A DNA stretch of 64,000 nucleotides from a virus. Where the stretch lies: IMG/VR virus record IMGVR_UViG_3300025018_000113, positions 1-64,000 of that record, one strand, 5' to 3'. The notes under the pieces are model-generated. The model was given only the letters and a program-made list of their open reading frames with translations. It was not told where the DNA came from and made no database searches. The first letter of the stretch is position 1, and every line of letters begins with the position of its first letter. Of this stretch, positions 48,926-60,016 are shown piece by piece. The position numbers and the translations under genes are program-made.

Positions 48926-50398
48926 ATGACAAAAAAAATAATTAAGACAGTTGGTGAAGGTGGCGCACACGCACACAGAATTTCACCAAGAAAAATTGAA
49001 ACCGAAAAAGATGGTTTGCATAAACACATTTTTTTCATTGGTGACAGACTGTTGATGACTGACTTGAGTGGGGCACACTTCCACCCTTTGAATCTTTCAG
49101 CGAATGAAGTCAAGGGTGAACCTGACAGACATTCACACACCGTGACTGTCAGGACAGAACAAGGCCCTGTTCAATTGCAAGTTGTTGAAGGTGAAGGTCA
49201 CACACATGAAATTCAAAGTGAAACAACAACACTTTCAGGCGTTCACAGACACACACTGGACACTAATGGCCAGCGTTTTGTCAGTTTAATTCCTAGTGAT
49301 TTGTTACAAGAAATAAATGATGCAAGCAAAACTGTAAAAGGTTTTGAAAACTTCAAAGTTGAAGAATCAGCTGAACCGATGGAAGTTGATTTTGCATTAG
49401 TAAAAAAATTAAATCAAAGTCAGTTCAAAGAAATACTTCAAAAAGCTGTTGAAACATCAATCATTAAAAGAATGGCAAGCCTTGGTTCTGGTTTAAGAAT
49501 TGAAAGCTTGATTCTTTCAAAAGAAAGATTTGCTGATGTTGGCCTTGCCACACGGTTTGTTCTTGACCAAGGGCTTGATGTGAAATCATCACAAGTTCTA
49601 GGTGACCAAGGAATTTTCACGTTTCAGGTAATGTCACGTGAATCATTTGAAGAAACAACACTTCAAAGAATAAGAATCACAGAAGGCGTTGATGCCATTA
49701 TTGGGTTTCTTGCTGTGACTGAAACACCTAGTGTTGGAATGACCGCTGAAACGGTTGCTTCATCAGCAACAGGTGATTCATTGACTGATGTGGAACAAAA
49801 AAATGATGAAGACTTGATTTCAGGTCAAACGCATGACACAATTATTGAATCACAAGGAAACGATGGAATGAAATCTTTGAAAGAAAAATTTCAAAAAACG
49901 GTTGGAATGTTCGATGAAGAACAGGAAGAAACTGTTGAAACAGAAACTAAGAAGTCATTTCAAACGGCTTATGAAATCATTTCAAAGAATGAAGAAAAAC
50001 GCCTTATCATGGGGCCTGTTCTTATTCCTGACAATGTTGACTTACAAGATGACATTGTTTCAGCAAATGAAATTGAAAAGGCCGCACACGGTTACATGAT
50101 TAAGTTGGCCTATCGTGATGATAAGGACTTCTTAAAATCACTTGGTTTTAGAAATGTTGACAAAGCTGGTGAACGTGGCTTTCAGCATATCGACTTTTCA
50201 AGAAAAATGGCCGTTGTCGAAACATTCATTGCCTCTGTTGACATGATTATTGAAGGAAGAAAAATTGTGAAGGGAACTTGGGTGATGACAATGAAAGTCT
50301 TTGATGATGAAGTTTGGAATCTTGTCAAGCTTGGGAAGATTACAGGTTTCAGCATTGGTGGCCATTCCAAATCAAGACCAGCAAACGTAAAATCATAA
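48926..50398 (+). CDS. XkdF-like prohead serine protease with N-terminal HxH repeats
   Basis: RLIMGPVLIPD..DLQDD, IEKAAH, VETFI, GTWV, VW..VK.GKITGFSIGG; six HxH repeats at the N-terminus. Confidence 0.85.
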   Translation: MTKKIIKTVGEGGAHAHRISPRKIETEKDGLHKHIFFIGDRLLMTDLSGAHFHPLNLSANEVKGEPDRHSHTVTVRTEQGPVQLQVVEGEGHTHEIQSETTTLSGVHRHTLDTNGQRFVSLIPSDLLQEINDASKTVKGFENFKVEESAEPMEVDFALVKKLNQSQFKEILQKAVETSIIKRMASLGSGLRIESLILSKERFADVGLATRFVLDQGLDVKSSQVLGDQGIFTFQVMSRESFEETTLQRIRITEGVDAIIGFLAVTETPSVGMTAETVASSATGDSLTDVEQKNDEDLISGQTHDTIIESQGNDGMKSLKEKFQKTVGMFDEEQEETVETETKKSFQTAYEIISKNEEKRLIMGPVLIPDNVDLQDDIVSANEIEKAAHGYMIKLAYRDDKDFLKSLGFRNVDKAGERGFQHIDFSRKMAVVETFIASVDMIIEGRKIVKGTWVMTMKVFDDEVWNLVKLGKITGFSIGGHSKSRPANVKS

Positions 50399-50416
50399 GA
50401 ACCAAGGGAATAATTT

Positions 50417-51649
50417 ATGGGAAAGAAAATTCAGAAAACTAAGGTAAAGGAACTTTTCGATTTAGAAATTGATGAAGTTTCGGCCGTGGACAAACCAGCG
50501 ATAGGTGAACAGTTTTACATTACTAAAAGTGTAAACAAAAAAAATAAGGGGGCAACAGTGTCAAAACCTGTGAAGAAATCGGTTGCCTGGAAACAGGTGA
50601 TTTCAAAGGGTGTAAGTGACGAAAACACACATTGTGTTTTTTGTGGAATTACACATGAAGAAGAAGCAAAAGAAATTGGGATGGGACTAATCAAAGGCGT
50701 TTGCTTTGATTGTGCTGTTGAACACGCTGAAAAAGGTGTGTTTGATGCTTGCATTGCTGGAACATTCGATGCTGAAACCTTCCAAAAAGAAAACCCGACT
50801 TTCCAGTTGAAACTTTCATTAAATAAATCGGACGATGAAGAAGCATCAGAAGATGGTGAATCAGAAGACGAATCTTCAAGTGAAGACGAATCAGAAGAAG
50901 AATCATCAGAAGGTGACGAATCAGAAGAAGAATCTTCACAATCTGCAAGTGAAGATGGGGAACAAGATGAAGATGGTCAGGAATCTGATGATTCTTCACT
51001 TGAAAAGAAAGTTTCTAAACTTGAAAAAAATATTGAAGACGTTGGTGCAATGCTTGCCAGAAGTCTTGAACTTCATGACATGGCCGCGGCCGCGTTGAAT
51101 GAAATTGTTGCCTTAACATTTGGCGCACTTGATGGTGTGATGATGTTGATGGAACAAAACAAAGACGTTTCACAAAACGATTTATTTAGAGAAATAGTTG
51201 ATAGCATCAAGTCTGAACGTGAAAAGGTCAGCAAGAAGGGTGCAAAAATTTCAACTTCCAGAATGGCCGTGTTGCGTGATATTGCAACCAAGCTGAACCA
51301 ACTTATTGCATCGGTTGCTACTGATGAAATGAAAGGGGAACAGAAAACTAAGGCCGTTTCTGAAATTCAAAAGTCACTTGAAGAAATGAAGGAAGAATTG
51401 AAAGAAGAAATCAATTCATCTTCATCGAACTTGAAGGAAGACATTGAGGGGAAATTGAAAGATATGCAAGCCAAACTTGATGAACTTGAGCAATCAGGGG
51501 GTGCAAGCTATGGACTAGGTGAAGAAGACGATGATGAAGAATCTGATGAAGAATCTTCTGAACAAGAAAAGACTTCAATTTTTTCCAGTGTGATTGGTCT
51601 TGATGAAATTTCAAAAACAATTGAAAAGAAAAGACGCAACCTGAAATAA
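50417..51649 (+). CDS. Putative capsid scaffold protein
   Basis: LFDLEIDEVSAVDKPA N-terminus, CVFC...CFDC, acidic linker, coiled coils; lies between protease and capsid genes. Confidence 0.6.
   Translation: MGKKIQKTKVKELFDLEIDEVSAVDKPAIGEQFYITKSVNKKNKGATVSKPVKKSVAWKQVISKGVSDENTHCVFCGITHEEEAKEIGMGLIKGVCFDCAVEHAEKGVFDACIAGTFDAETFQKENPTFQLKLSLNKSDDEEASEDGESEDESSSEDESEEESSEGDESEEESSQSASEDGEQDEDGQESDDSSLEKKVSKLEKNIEDVGAMLARSLELHDMAAAALNEIVALTFGALDGVMMLMEQNKDVSQNDLFREIVDSIKSEREKVSKKGAKISTSRMAVLRDIATKLNQLIASVATDEMKGEQKTKAVSEIQKSLEEMKEELKEEINSSSSNLKEDIEGKLKDMQAKLDELEQSGGASYGLGEEDDDEESDEESSEQEKTSIFSSVIGLDEISKTIEKKRRNLK
50858..50938 (+). repeat. About 2.7 copies of a 30-bp repeat (ESEEESSxxD)
   Basis: GAATCAGAAGAnGAATC recurs at 50858, 50888 and 50918. 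Confidence 0.8.
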
Positions 51650-51729
51650 AATTGGTTTTTTTGTGAAACTTGTATAACATTGTAAAACAAACTGAATAAA
51701 CAAAACATTTGCAACAAAGGAAAAAGAAA

Positions 51730-53028
51730 ATGGGAAAGCAAACTGAAATGACTTCTGAACAAAAACTTGAAAAAGCATTGTCACGCATTGACGAACTTGA
51801 AGGGAAACTTTCAAAGTCAACAATGTCAAACGATGAAATTCTTGAAAAAGCAACAATCACAACACAAGATATTGCGGCGGCTGGACGCTTGAATGACAAG
51901 CAAGCTGACCGTTTCATTGACTTTGTTATTGATGTAACAGGTCTTAAAGACCGTGTACGTGTTGCACGTTTCAGAAACGACAAAATGGACATCGACAAAA
52001 TCGGTGTTGGTAAACGTGTGGCCGTTGCTAAGAAAGAAGCAATTGACCCAGCTGTAAGACGTAAAGCAAACTTTTCTAAGGTTACTTTACAACCAGAAGA
52101 AGTCATGGTTCCTTGGGAACTTTCTGATGAATTCGTTCTTGAAAACCTTGAAGGTGAAACTGTTGAAGACACAATCATGCGTCTTATGGCAACACAACTT
52201 TCAAATGACCTTGAAGAACTTTACATCCAAGGTGACAAACTGGGTGCAATTCGCTATGAATCTGAACTTATTGACGGTGGTTCAGCTTCACAAGTAATTG
52301 TGGACACATATTTGAAACTACAAAACGGCTGGTTGAAACTTGCTGGTGCTTCACACATCGTTGACCACAACGGTCAAAACGTGAACAATCAAATCTTTTC
52401 AGACATGATTGTTGAAATGCCTTCTAAGTTCAAACGTAACAAAAGAAACTTGAAGTTTTTTGCTTCTGATGTTACTGAACAGCTTTATAGAAACAACCTT
52501 TCAGCACGTGCAACAGGCCTTGGTGACCAAGCAACAACTTCTGACATGAATTTGATGCCTTTTGGAATCGAACTTGTTCCACTTGCACTTCTTCCACAAA
52601 CTCCACTTATCACTGAACACGTGACCTTAAACGGTACATCAGCGGTAAACTTGAAAAACAAAAACATTGTTTTAGCAAGTGAACTTGTTGTTGTTGCGGC
52701 CACAATTGATGCGGCCCCACTTACACCAGTGACACCGTTTGTCGAAGGCGTTGATTACGATATGAACTATGCCAATGGGACAATTGCCCGTAATGGTGGC
52801 GGTTCTATCGTTGATGGAACAGAAGTGAAAATTTCATACCTTTCACAATCACAAATGTGGTTGACTGAATTCAGAAACATGGTTCTTGGTATTGGCCGAG
52901 ACATCAGAGTTGAAAAAGACAGAAACATTTTTGCTTCTGTTACTGAATTCGCAATCACAGCACGTGTTGCGTGTCAGATTGAAGAAACTGATGCTGTTGT
53001 TCTTGGAATCAACATCGGTTTGAACTAA
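51730..53028 (+). CDS. Major capsid protein (HK97 fold, XkdG-like)
   Basis: GRLNDKQADRFID, LENLEGE, DLEELYIQGD, NGWLK, MPSKFK, EETDAVV; position in module; followed by a terminator. Confidence 0.9.
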   Translation: MGKQTEMTSEQKLEKALSRIDELEGKLSKSTMSNDEILEKATITTQDIAAAGRLNDKQADRFIDFVIDVTGLKDRVRVARFRNDKMDIDKIGVGKRVAVAKKEAIDPAVRRKANFSKVTLQPEEVMVPWELSDEFVLENLEGETVEDTIMRLMATQLSNDLEELYIQGDKLGAIRYESELIDGGSASQVIVDTYLKLQNGWLKLAGASHIVDHNGQNVNNQIFSDMIVEMPSKFKRNKRNLKFFASDVTEQLYRNNLSARATGLGDQATTSDMNLMPFGIELVPLALLPQTPLITEHVTLNGTSAVNLKNKNIVLASELVVVAATIDAAPLTPVTPFVEGVDYDMNYANGTIARNGGGSIVDGTEVKISYLSQSQMWLTEFRNMVLGIGRDIRVEKDRNIFASVTEFAITARVACQIEETDAVVLGINIGLN

Positions 53029-53043
53029 GTTTTTAAGCTAAAC

Positions 53044-53074
53044 GGGGCCAGGCTTAAATGGCCCCAAATTTTTA
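53044..53074 (+). terminator. Terminator-like hairpin after the major capsid gene
   Basis: GGGGCCA-GGCTTAAA-TGGCCCC followed by AAATTTTT. Confidence 0.65.
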
Positions 53075-53102
53075 ATAACTGAACAGGAAAAAACTGTCAT
53101 AT

Positions 53103-55133
53103 TTGGCAAAAACAAAGGAAGCACAAATGTCAGAAAAATTAGTAAAAAGAGCAAAAGTAATTCTTAAAGGCGCAAAATCTTACAACGTGGGTGGACAAAG
53201 ATTTGTTCAAAACATCCCAGTGATTGTAAAAGGTTCAATGGTTGATGAACTTAAACACAACGGTTATTTCAAGTTTACTGAAATGGAACCGAAAATTGTG
53301 GAAAAGAAATCTGATTCCAGTGAATCAGAAGACGGTTCTAAGAAGAAGCTGAAAAAGAAAGGTTCAGGCAAAAAAGTAAAATAAAACTTAGGTTAAACTG
53401 ATGGGGGAAACCAACATGAAAAAATTTTTGATTGTTTATTACGGTGATGCCCCTGAGTGTGTAGAAGGGTTTCACAAAGATGCAAAGCGTTCCTGTAAAG
53501 GTGCTTTGCACGTGGCACCTGGCCGAAAATTGACTGTGACAGAAGATGAACTTTCTCATTTGAAAGCGAATTATAAGCACATGATGCCAAAACTTAGAAT
53601 TCTTTCAGAAAAGGTTGAAGGTGAAAAGAAACCAGAACCAAAGAAGCAAGAACAAAAAGTTGAAGCAAAGGCCGATGGTGAAAAGAAACCAGCTTCACAT
53701 GATGAAGGCAAAAAGAAAAAGAAATAACGGTTTGAAGTAAGTGTGAACCTTATTTGGCGGTGGCACAAAAGGACACAGGATGTTGAAAATAAATTTCAAG
53801 GATGGAACCACACTTGAATTTGACTTGAACAAGGAAGATGACTTTCAGCAATGGAATGAATGGTCATCGGTGAAGGACTTCCAAGACAGAATAACTGGGA
53901 TTGGAATACTTCATGAAAAGAAATTTCACACGATGCCTTTTCCAAAAGGTTTTCGTCAAGTGAAGTTTTCAGCTGAACTTGTTGCAAAGGAAAAGGATGG
54001 TGTGAAAAGACAGGTTGGTGAAAAACTAATTTGCCATGCTGATAACATCCAAATGACAATGATGGTTTACACTTACAAGAACCCACCACCACCGATTCTG
54101 GCCAGAATAGACTTGGTAAGAATAGGGAAACAGCGTGGGCCTTACATGAACTAAGGAAAGGGTAAAAATATGGCAACAGAAACAGTAAAGCCAAATTATG
54201 CGTTCAAAGATGGTGTTGCAACAGCAAACTATTCTGACAACCATGTTCAGCTTCAAGGTCTAAACACGCAAGTGAAGTTTAAGAACGATGGTGCAAACCC
54301 AATTGAGTTTTCACTAAACCGTTCCAATGACACTGATGAAGTTGATGGGATTGTGAAACCCAATGAAGAAATCACGTTGCAAAACATTCAGCAAGGGATT
54401 TCAACAATTGCTGTTCGTGGCAATGGTGCGTTCAGATTTTGGGCGTATCAGTAAGGGGGCGTGATGTCCCATAATATCACCAGCCGTAAAAATAGATTTT
54501 ACCAGAAAGTCATTCTGACTTCTGACAATATTGCACAGCCTGATGAACCATGGAAAGGTGATGAAGTCAGTGCTGTGAAACTTGAATTTCCAGCACAAAT
54601 GACAACTGTTGTGATTGCAAATGATAACCATGACAGGTCAATTGAATATTCTTATGACGGCCTTGAAGAAGACGGGGAACTGTTTTGTGATGATGGGCCA
54701 TTTTCTCAAGATGGTTTAAGTGAAGGTTACGTTTATTTAAGACTTCCAGAAGGAACAGTTCTTGACGAAAATGAAACAGTACAAGTAAGAGTGTGGGCGT
54801 GGCGTGGTGGAACTGGAAGGTGACATCATGACAATGCTTGGAAAAAAATCACGTTTCACAAATCAGCGAATCAATAAAATTCCACAAGGTGCCATTGATG
54901 GTGTAAACTTAGAATATACACTTCCCGATGGTGAAGAATTTTGGCCAGAAACTTTGGAAGTCATGATTGATGGTATTCCAAAAGAACCTGGCCTTGATTT
55001 TGAAGAAGTGGGCACAACAGGTTTCCGTTTCCTGATTGACCCTGATGATGATTATAACAACAGAATGAAACACCCTGTTGTGGACACGGAAACAATTAGG
55101 ATTTCTTATTGGAAGAAACCAAAGTGTAAATGA
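53103..55133 (+). CDS. Six small putative virion/head-associated genes (53103, 53401, 53780, 54170, 54461, 54804)
   Basis: Packed ORFs after the MCP; 54170 and 54461 look like related beta-rich proteins (NDGANPIEFS..DG vs NDNHDRSIEYSYDG..DG). Confidence 0.6.
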
Positions 55134-55157
55134 AATATTAAAAAAGGGGAATAAAAA

Positions 55158-56462
55158 ATGGGACAACCAAACGCTTCAAGACTTCAATACTTACCACGTG
55201 AAGTTATCACTGATGGAATTAGTTCAAATGTTCACACGCTTCAAGCTGTTGACCACCTAAAACTTGGTGACAGTGTTGACATTTGGGAAATTGACCCAGT
55301 AACAAAGAAACGTCTTGCAGTTATTGCAAGTGATTTGATAGTTCTTGCAATCAACCCAGGCACAAAGAAAGTAACATTTTCAGCATCGTTTGACACAAGC
55401 GGTTTGACTGGTCAGCCGATTGTTCGTGTTGACAATATTGATGACATCCAAGAAGCAATTGAAAGACTTTACAGAAGAAAGTCTGATGCAAGTGGGATTT
55501 CATTTGATGTTCGTCAAACAATTATTGATTTTGAAGCTGATGCACCCAGTGCTGGTAAGGGACTTTATGACGTTGCTGACACGCAGTTCTGGGAACCAGG
55601 CGATAAGGTGGCGGTCATTGATGACACTGGTGTTTTGATTGCTGAAACAACAATCTTTGCAGTAAACATCAACGCTGATGACACAAATAATAAGGCAACA
55701 ATTGCTGTAAATAACAACACAGTGATTCCACTTGGAAGCAACCCTTACATTCAAAATTTAAGTCTTACAGTTGATGAAGCTTTAAGAAGAATTCGTGATA
55801 GGGTTGATGAAATTGATTTGCCTAAGAAAAATCAACTTCCACTTCAACTTCCAGACAATTCAGTTCCAGCATTTGAATTTGCTGATTTGTTCCTTTCTGG
55901 TTCAAGTGATATTTTCCTAGATGGAAATAAAAAATCACTTGGCCTTGCTGGAACACGTGCAAGTTTAATTCAAGGAACTTCAAATGCACAGCTGACATTC
56001 ACTTCAATGGTGTTGAACACTCAAGGTAATAACACAACAATTGAAGTTCAAAATGCGGCTGGTTTGACTGTTGTTGTTGGTGGAAACTTTCAAAACGGTT
56101 TTTCAATTACAATTGGAAGCAACAGTGGAACAGCAAGTGCAAAACAAATTGCTGATGCAATCAATGCACACGCAACAGCTAAAAGACTTGTTCAAGTTGT
56201 TTACGGTGGTGACGGTTCAGGTGTGGTTACACCTTTTGGCCCGTCAAGCCTTGCTGGTGGTCTTGATGATGCAACAAAAGACTATGCAGAAATTGAACAA
56301 GTTTTTGAAAACAAAATTTCTGGCACTGGTTTCAAATGGATTTCATTCAATTGTGGTCAAACAGTTCATAACGCTGACCCAAACAGAATGAAAAGGCCAC
56401 CACAAGACAGTGAAGAATTTGCGATTGCTTACAGTAAAGCAAGCAGAAATATTGACAAGTAA
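55158..56462 (+). CDS. Putative virion structural protein containing a sheath-like beta domain
   Basis: LTFTS...GNNTTIEV...IADAINA...LAGG pattern; beta-rich. Confidence 0.6.
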   Translation: MGQPNASRLQYLPREVITDGISSNVHTLQAVDHLKLGDSVDIWEIDPVTKKRLAVIASDLIVLAINPGTKKVTFSASFDTSGLTGQPIVRVDNIDDIQEAIERLYRRKSDASGISFDVRQTIIDFEADAPSAGKGLYDVADTQFWEPGDKVAVIDDTGVLIAETTIFAVNINADDTNNKATIAVNNNTVIPLGSNPYIQNLSLTVDEALRRIRDRVDEIDLPKKNQLPLQLPDNSVPAFEFADLFLSGSSDIFLDGNKKSLGLAGTRASLIQGTSNAQLTFTSMVLNTQGNNTTIEVQNAAGLTVVVGGNFQNGFSITIGSNSGTASAKQIADAINAHATAKRLVQVVYGGDGSGVVTPFGPSSLAGGLDDATKDYAEIEQVFENKISGTGFKWISFNCGQTVHNADPNRMKRPPQDSEEFAIAYSKASRNIDK

Positions 56463-56474
56463 TAAGGGGAAATA

Positions 56475-58473
56475 ATGGGCCAACCTAATGCTGACACCGT
56501 TCAATTCAATAAAACTGGTTCATCTTTTGTTACGAGAAACCTTCGTGATGTTGTCGTTGAACTAGAATACAGGTTGAGTGGCGTCAATGTTTGGTCAACA
56601 ATATCAAGAATAGATGGGCTGATAACAAAAATTGAATATTTCAGCAATGTTGAAAAAACCAGCAAAATTCTTGATATTGAATTTTCTCGAATTACTGGGT
56701 TGAACGGTCTAAGATTGGTTAGCTCGATAACAAAAAAAATTTATAATAACAATATTCTTGAAAAAACTATTACAGAAAATTTTTCTAGGGATGTGGACTT
56801 AAATAAGAACATTGTTGCTGACTCAAACTCGGTGTTGACATGAAGCTGATAGCAGAAATTGTTGCCTATGTTGAAGAAACAATAAGAGAGTTTCTTAGAG
56901 TTTACAGAAGGCAAATAATTCAATTTCAAATAATTGGTGGCAGTATCAATTCAGACCAATATTTATATACGTTTGTCCATTCTGGAAGTTTTAGTAGAAG
57001 AAGTGGTGATGCGAGTAACGGTTATAGATATAGCAATTCAGCACCAGCAACAGCCGCTTTTACTGGTAAGGTGGTTTCGGCTACTGCTTCAATAACTGGG
57101 TTAGCGCAATCAACTGGTTCACCAGCACCACAATGCGAACTTTTATTTGAACTTTGGAAAGTTGGGTTTAGTAATGAGGGCACAAAGTTGGGGGATATTG
57201 TTTTTACAGTTGATAGTTCAACTTACGACATTGGTAATTGGTGGAATTCTTCAATCTTAACCGCATTTGCAGAATCACAGGGACAAGCCGTTTCTGTTGA
57301 AGCTGGTGACTTATTAGGTTTGAAGTTCAACAGCCAAACTGGTAACAATAAAATTGTTTCAATGCAAAACGCTACTGTTGTTTTGGAAATTGTGAGGGAT
57401 GTATGATTGAAATTGAAAATATTACACAAGACAATATTGTTATAAACTTTCAAACAATATTACCAGGCCAATCCTACCAAATTCCAGAAGTTGAGATTTT
57501 CAATTGGGCAACAAGTGATGATGTATTTATGAAAATATCACAGCAACCAAAAATTATAAATTTCAAACTTAGTGGAAAAATAATTGAATCTATAAGTGAA
57601 ATGATTGATATACTAAAAATGTTGCCATATAAAAAAGTGAGACTAGATAGCTCACACAGTGATTTAACTGGTGTTCCAAGAGTGGCCATTGAAAAGCCTG
57701 ATGTCCCTTCAACATCAATTATTTCACACGATTTTTGTGACCCTTGCACATGGTATTCAAAATCAGCACGTGTTGAAGGTGAAGAACTTACACTAGAAAG
57801 TGGGAAAACATTTAATTCACTATCACAGAACTGGATTGATTTGACTCACGGGCGCACAACTGATGAAGATGATTTTGCAGAAAACTATCTTCCAGTAATT
57901 TATGACAACGGTGTTGAACTTGTTGAAGGTCAAGATTTCACAATTGATTATAAAAACGGAAAAGTGACTTTTGCTGAAAACTACACTGTTCAAGGAACAA
58001 TCACGGCTAATTTTTCACACGCCACAAGTTCACATTTTATTCTTGAACCAATTGCTGGAAAAATTCTAATACTAGAACACGCTGAATTAAACTTTTCAAA
58101 AGACTGTTTTATAAATGTTCCAATTTCATTTGAAATTTGGGTGGGCAACCCGTATTTCAACCCACAAGAACCAGAATCACCAACAAACCCTTTACGTGTA
58201 CTTTATAAGCGTAAGAAATATAAGAATGAAAAAGACCTTATAAACGCGGCCAATTTAGGACAAGGTGAAATTGCACAGTGGGGCAACCTTCCACACCCAG
58301 TGCTTGTTTTCCCGTTTAATTATGTGACACTTCAACCAATGAAAAGTTCACAACTGACACAACTTATTATTCATTTAGATAGTGATAGCAACGGGAATCA
58401 AGTTCCACTTCAAGGAAGTTGGGGAACGGCAACATTTTATGTGATGTCAATTCCTGACCCAAACTATTCATAA
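56475..58473 (+). CDS. Three putative structural/decoration genes (56475, 56840, 57403)
   Basis: Coupled ORFs; 57403 contains LVEGQDFTIDYKNGKVTF. Confidence 0.6.
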
Positions 58474-58490
58474 AATATTAGGGGGAACTT

Positions 58491-59024
58491 ATGGCCTATC
58501 TTCACATTTACTTTGTGACAAAAAGAGAGTGGACAAAGATTCTTTCTTTCCTTGTTCGAGCATTTCAAGGAACCGCATTTGACCATGCTGGTTTTGGTAT
58601 TTCAGCAAACGGTGTTCAACCAAACTATGTGCATGAAGCTGTTCTTTCTGGTGTTGAGAAAACACCCTTCAATGACTTTATTGAAAAACATTCTTATGTG
58701 GTTGCTGAATTCAAAATTCCAATAACAGAAGAACAGCTTGGAAAAATAATGGATTTGACGCTTGAACACTACGGGAAAAAGTATTCATTGATGCAATTGG
58801 TTGGAAATGCCTTTGCAATTACAATGAAAAAATGCTTCAATTACATTGTAAGAAAAAACATTTTTGGTAATGGTTGGAAGAAGTTGGTTTGTTCAGAATA
58901 TTTAAGTGCTGTCTTAAACCTTGTTGGTGCTGAACTTCCTGATGGAAAGAATTTTGAGGCCGTTACTTTGAAGGACTGTTTTAATATGACAAAAAATATT
59001 CAAAAAGCAATAAGGATGAAATGA
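58491..59024 (+). CDS. Second permuted papain-like (YiiX-type) protein
   Basis: FDHAG, HEA, GKKYS..QL, LVCSEY. Confidence 0.75.
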   Translation: MAYLHIYFVTKREWTKILSFLVRAFQGTAFDHAGFGISANGVQPNYVHEAVLSGVEKTPFNDFIEKHSYVVAEFKIPITEEQLGKIMDLTLEHYGKKYSLMQLVGNAFAITMKKCFNYIVRKNIFGNGWKKLVCSEYLSAVLNLVGAELPDGKNFEAVTLKDCFNMTKNIQKAIRMK

Positions 59025-60016
59025 TGGACAATACAGGCCTATACTTAACTTATGGTGACTTGCTTTTGGAAATGGCACTTGCTGGAAATACAAAGGTAAG
59101 AAAAACACCAATCACACTGTCAGCAAAAACTTCAAACCAAACAGGTGACATTTTCACCTTTTCAGTTTCAGGAAGTGACCCAGCACCAGTTGTTGGTGAT
59201 GTTATTCATCAAGCTGGAAAAACGGCTTCAATAATTGATTTCCCAAGTGGAACACAAATCAAAGTTGACACTGTTGACGAACTTGTAAACGGGCCTTCTG
59301 ATTTACTACATTCAGAAACGGTTCCAAAATATTATGGTGAACAACTTATTCAACAAGCAATGGACTTGATTGATGAAAAAACAGGACAGTTTTTCAACAA
59401 GCGTTCTGGTGTTTATTCACTTGAAGGAAACAACACAGCCTTGATGCACTTTCCAGTTCCAATCATCGAGATTGAAGAACTTCTTATCAATTCAACAAAA
59501 ACAGAATTAAAAGAAGGTGAAGATTATGATTTTGTGGCCTTCAAAGGAAGACAAAGACCGCAAGATGATAGAAGAAACCCAAGAATTAAATTAAACATTG
59601 GCCGTGGGCGTGGAAGCATTTTTGCTGGTTCAATTACTTCACGTGTTTTTGTAAAGGGAACACTCACACAAATAACTGGTTCATTTGGATTTCTTGAACC
59701 AACTGGAAAAACACCAGCACTAATTCAAAAAGCTGTTAAGCTTTTAGTTATGCAAGACATAAGCACACCAATTGGTGCAACACTTACAACTTCTTCAACG
59801 GCTGGCCCATTGAAGCGTTTGAAAGTTGATTTGCACGAACAAGAATTTTTTGAACCTTCTTCAAATAAAGATAGCGTGAAATCATCAGCATCAGGAAATG
59901 AAGAAGTTGACAGAATAATTGCGTTCTATCGTTCACCAATTAGAATTGCTGGAAGTTTTAGGCAAAGAAATTTAGGTGAAGATGACGTTTATAAAATAGG
60001 GAATTATGAACCATGA
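59021..60016 (+). CDS. Putative head-tail adaptor
   Basis: LIDEKTGQFF, GSFGF...TPALIQKAVKLL, GNEEVDRII..YR. Confidence 0.6.
   Translation: MMDNTGLYLTYGDLLLEMALAGNTKVRKTPITLSAKTSNQTGDIFTFSVSGSDPAPVVGDVIHQAGKTASIIDFPSGTQIKVDTVDELVNGPSDLLHSETVPKYYGEQLIQQAMDLIDEKTGQFFNKRSGVYSLEGNNTALMHFPVPIIEIEELLINSTKTELKEGEDYDFVAFKGRQRPQDDRRNPRIKLNIGRGRGSIFAGSITSRVFVKGTLTQITGSFGFLEPTGKTPALIQKAVKLLVMQDISTPIGATLTTSSTAGPLKRLKVDLHEQEFFEPSSNKDSVKSSASGNEEVDRIIAFYRSPIRIAGSFRQRNLGEDDVYKIGNYEP

Noticed and set aside
51411-52178. 255-aa minus-strand ORF and the many other minus-strand ORFs
   Set aside because: Antisense to well-supported + strand genes, with no recognisable motifs; expected from the biased codon usage
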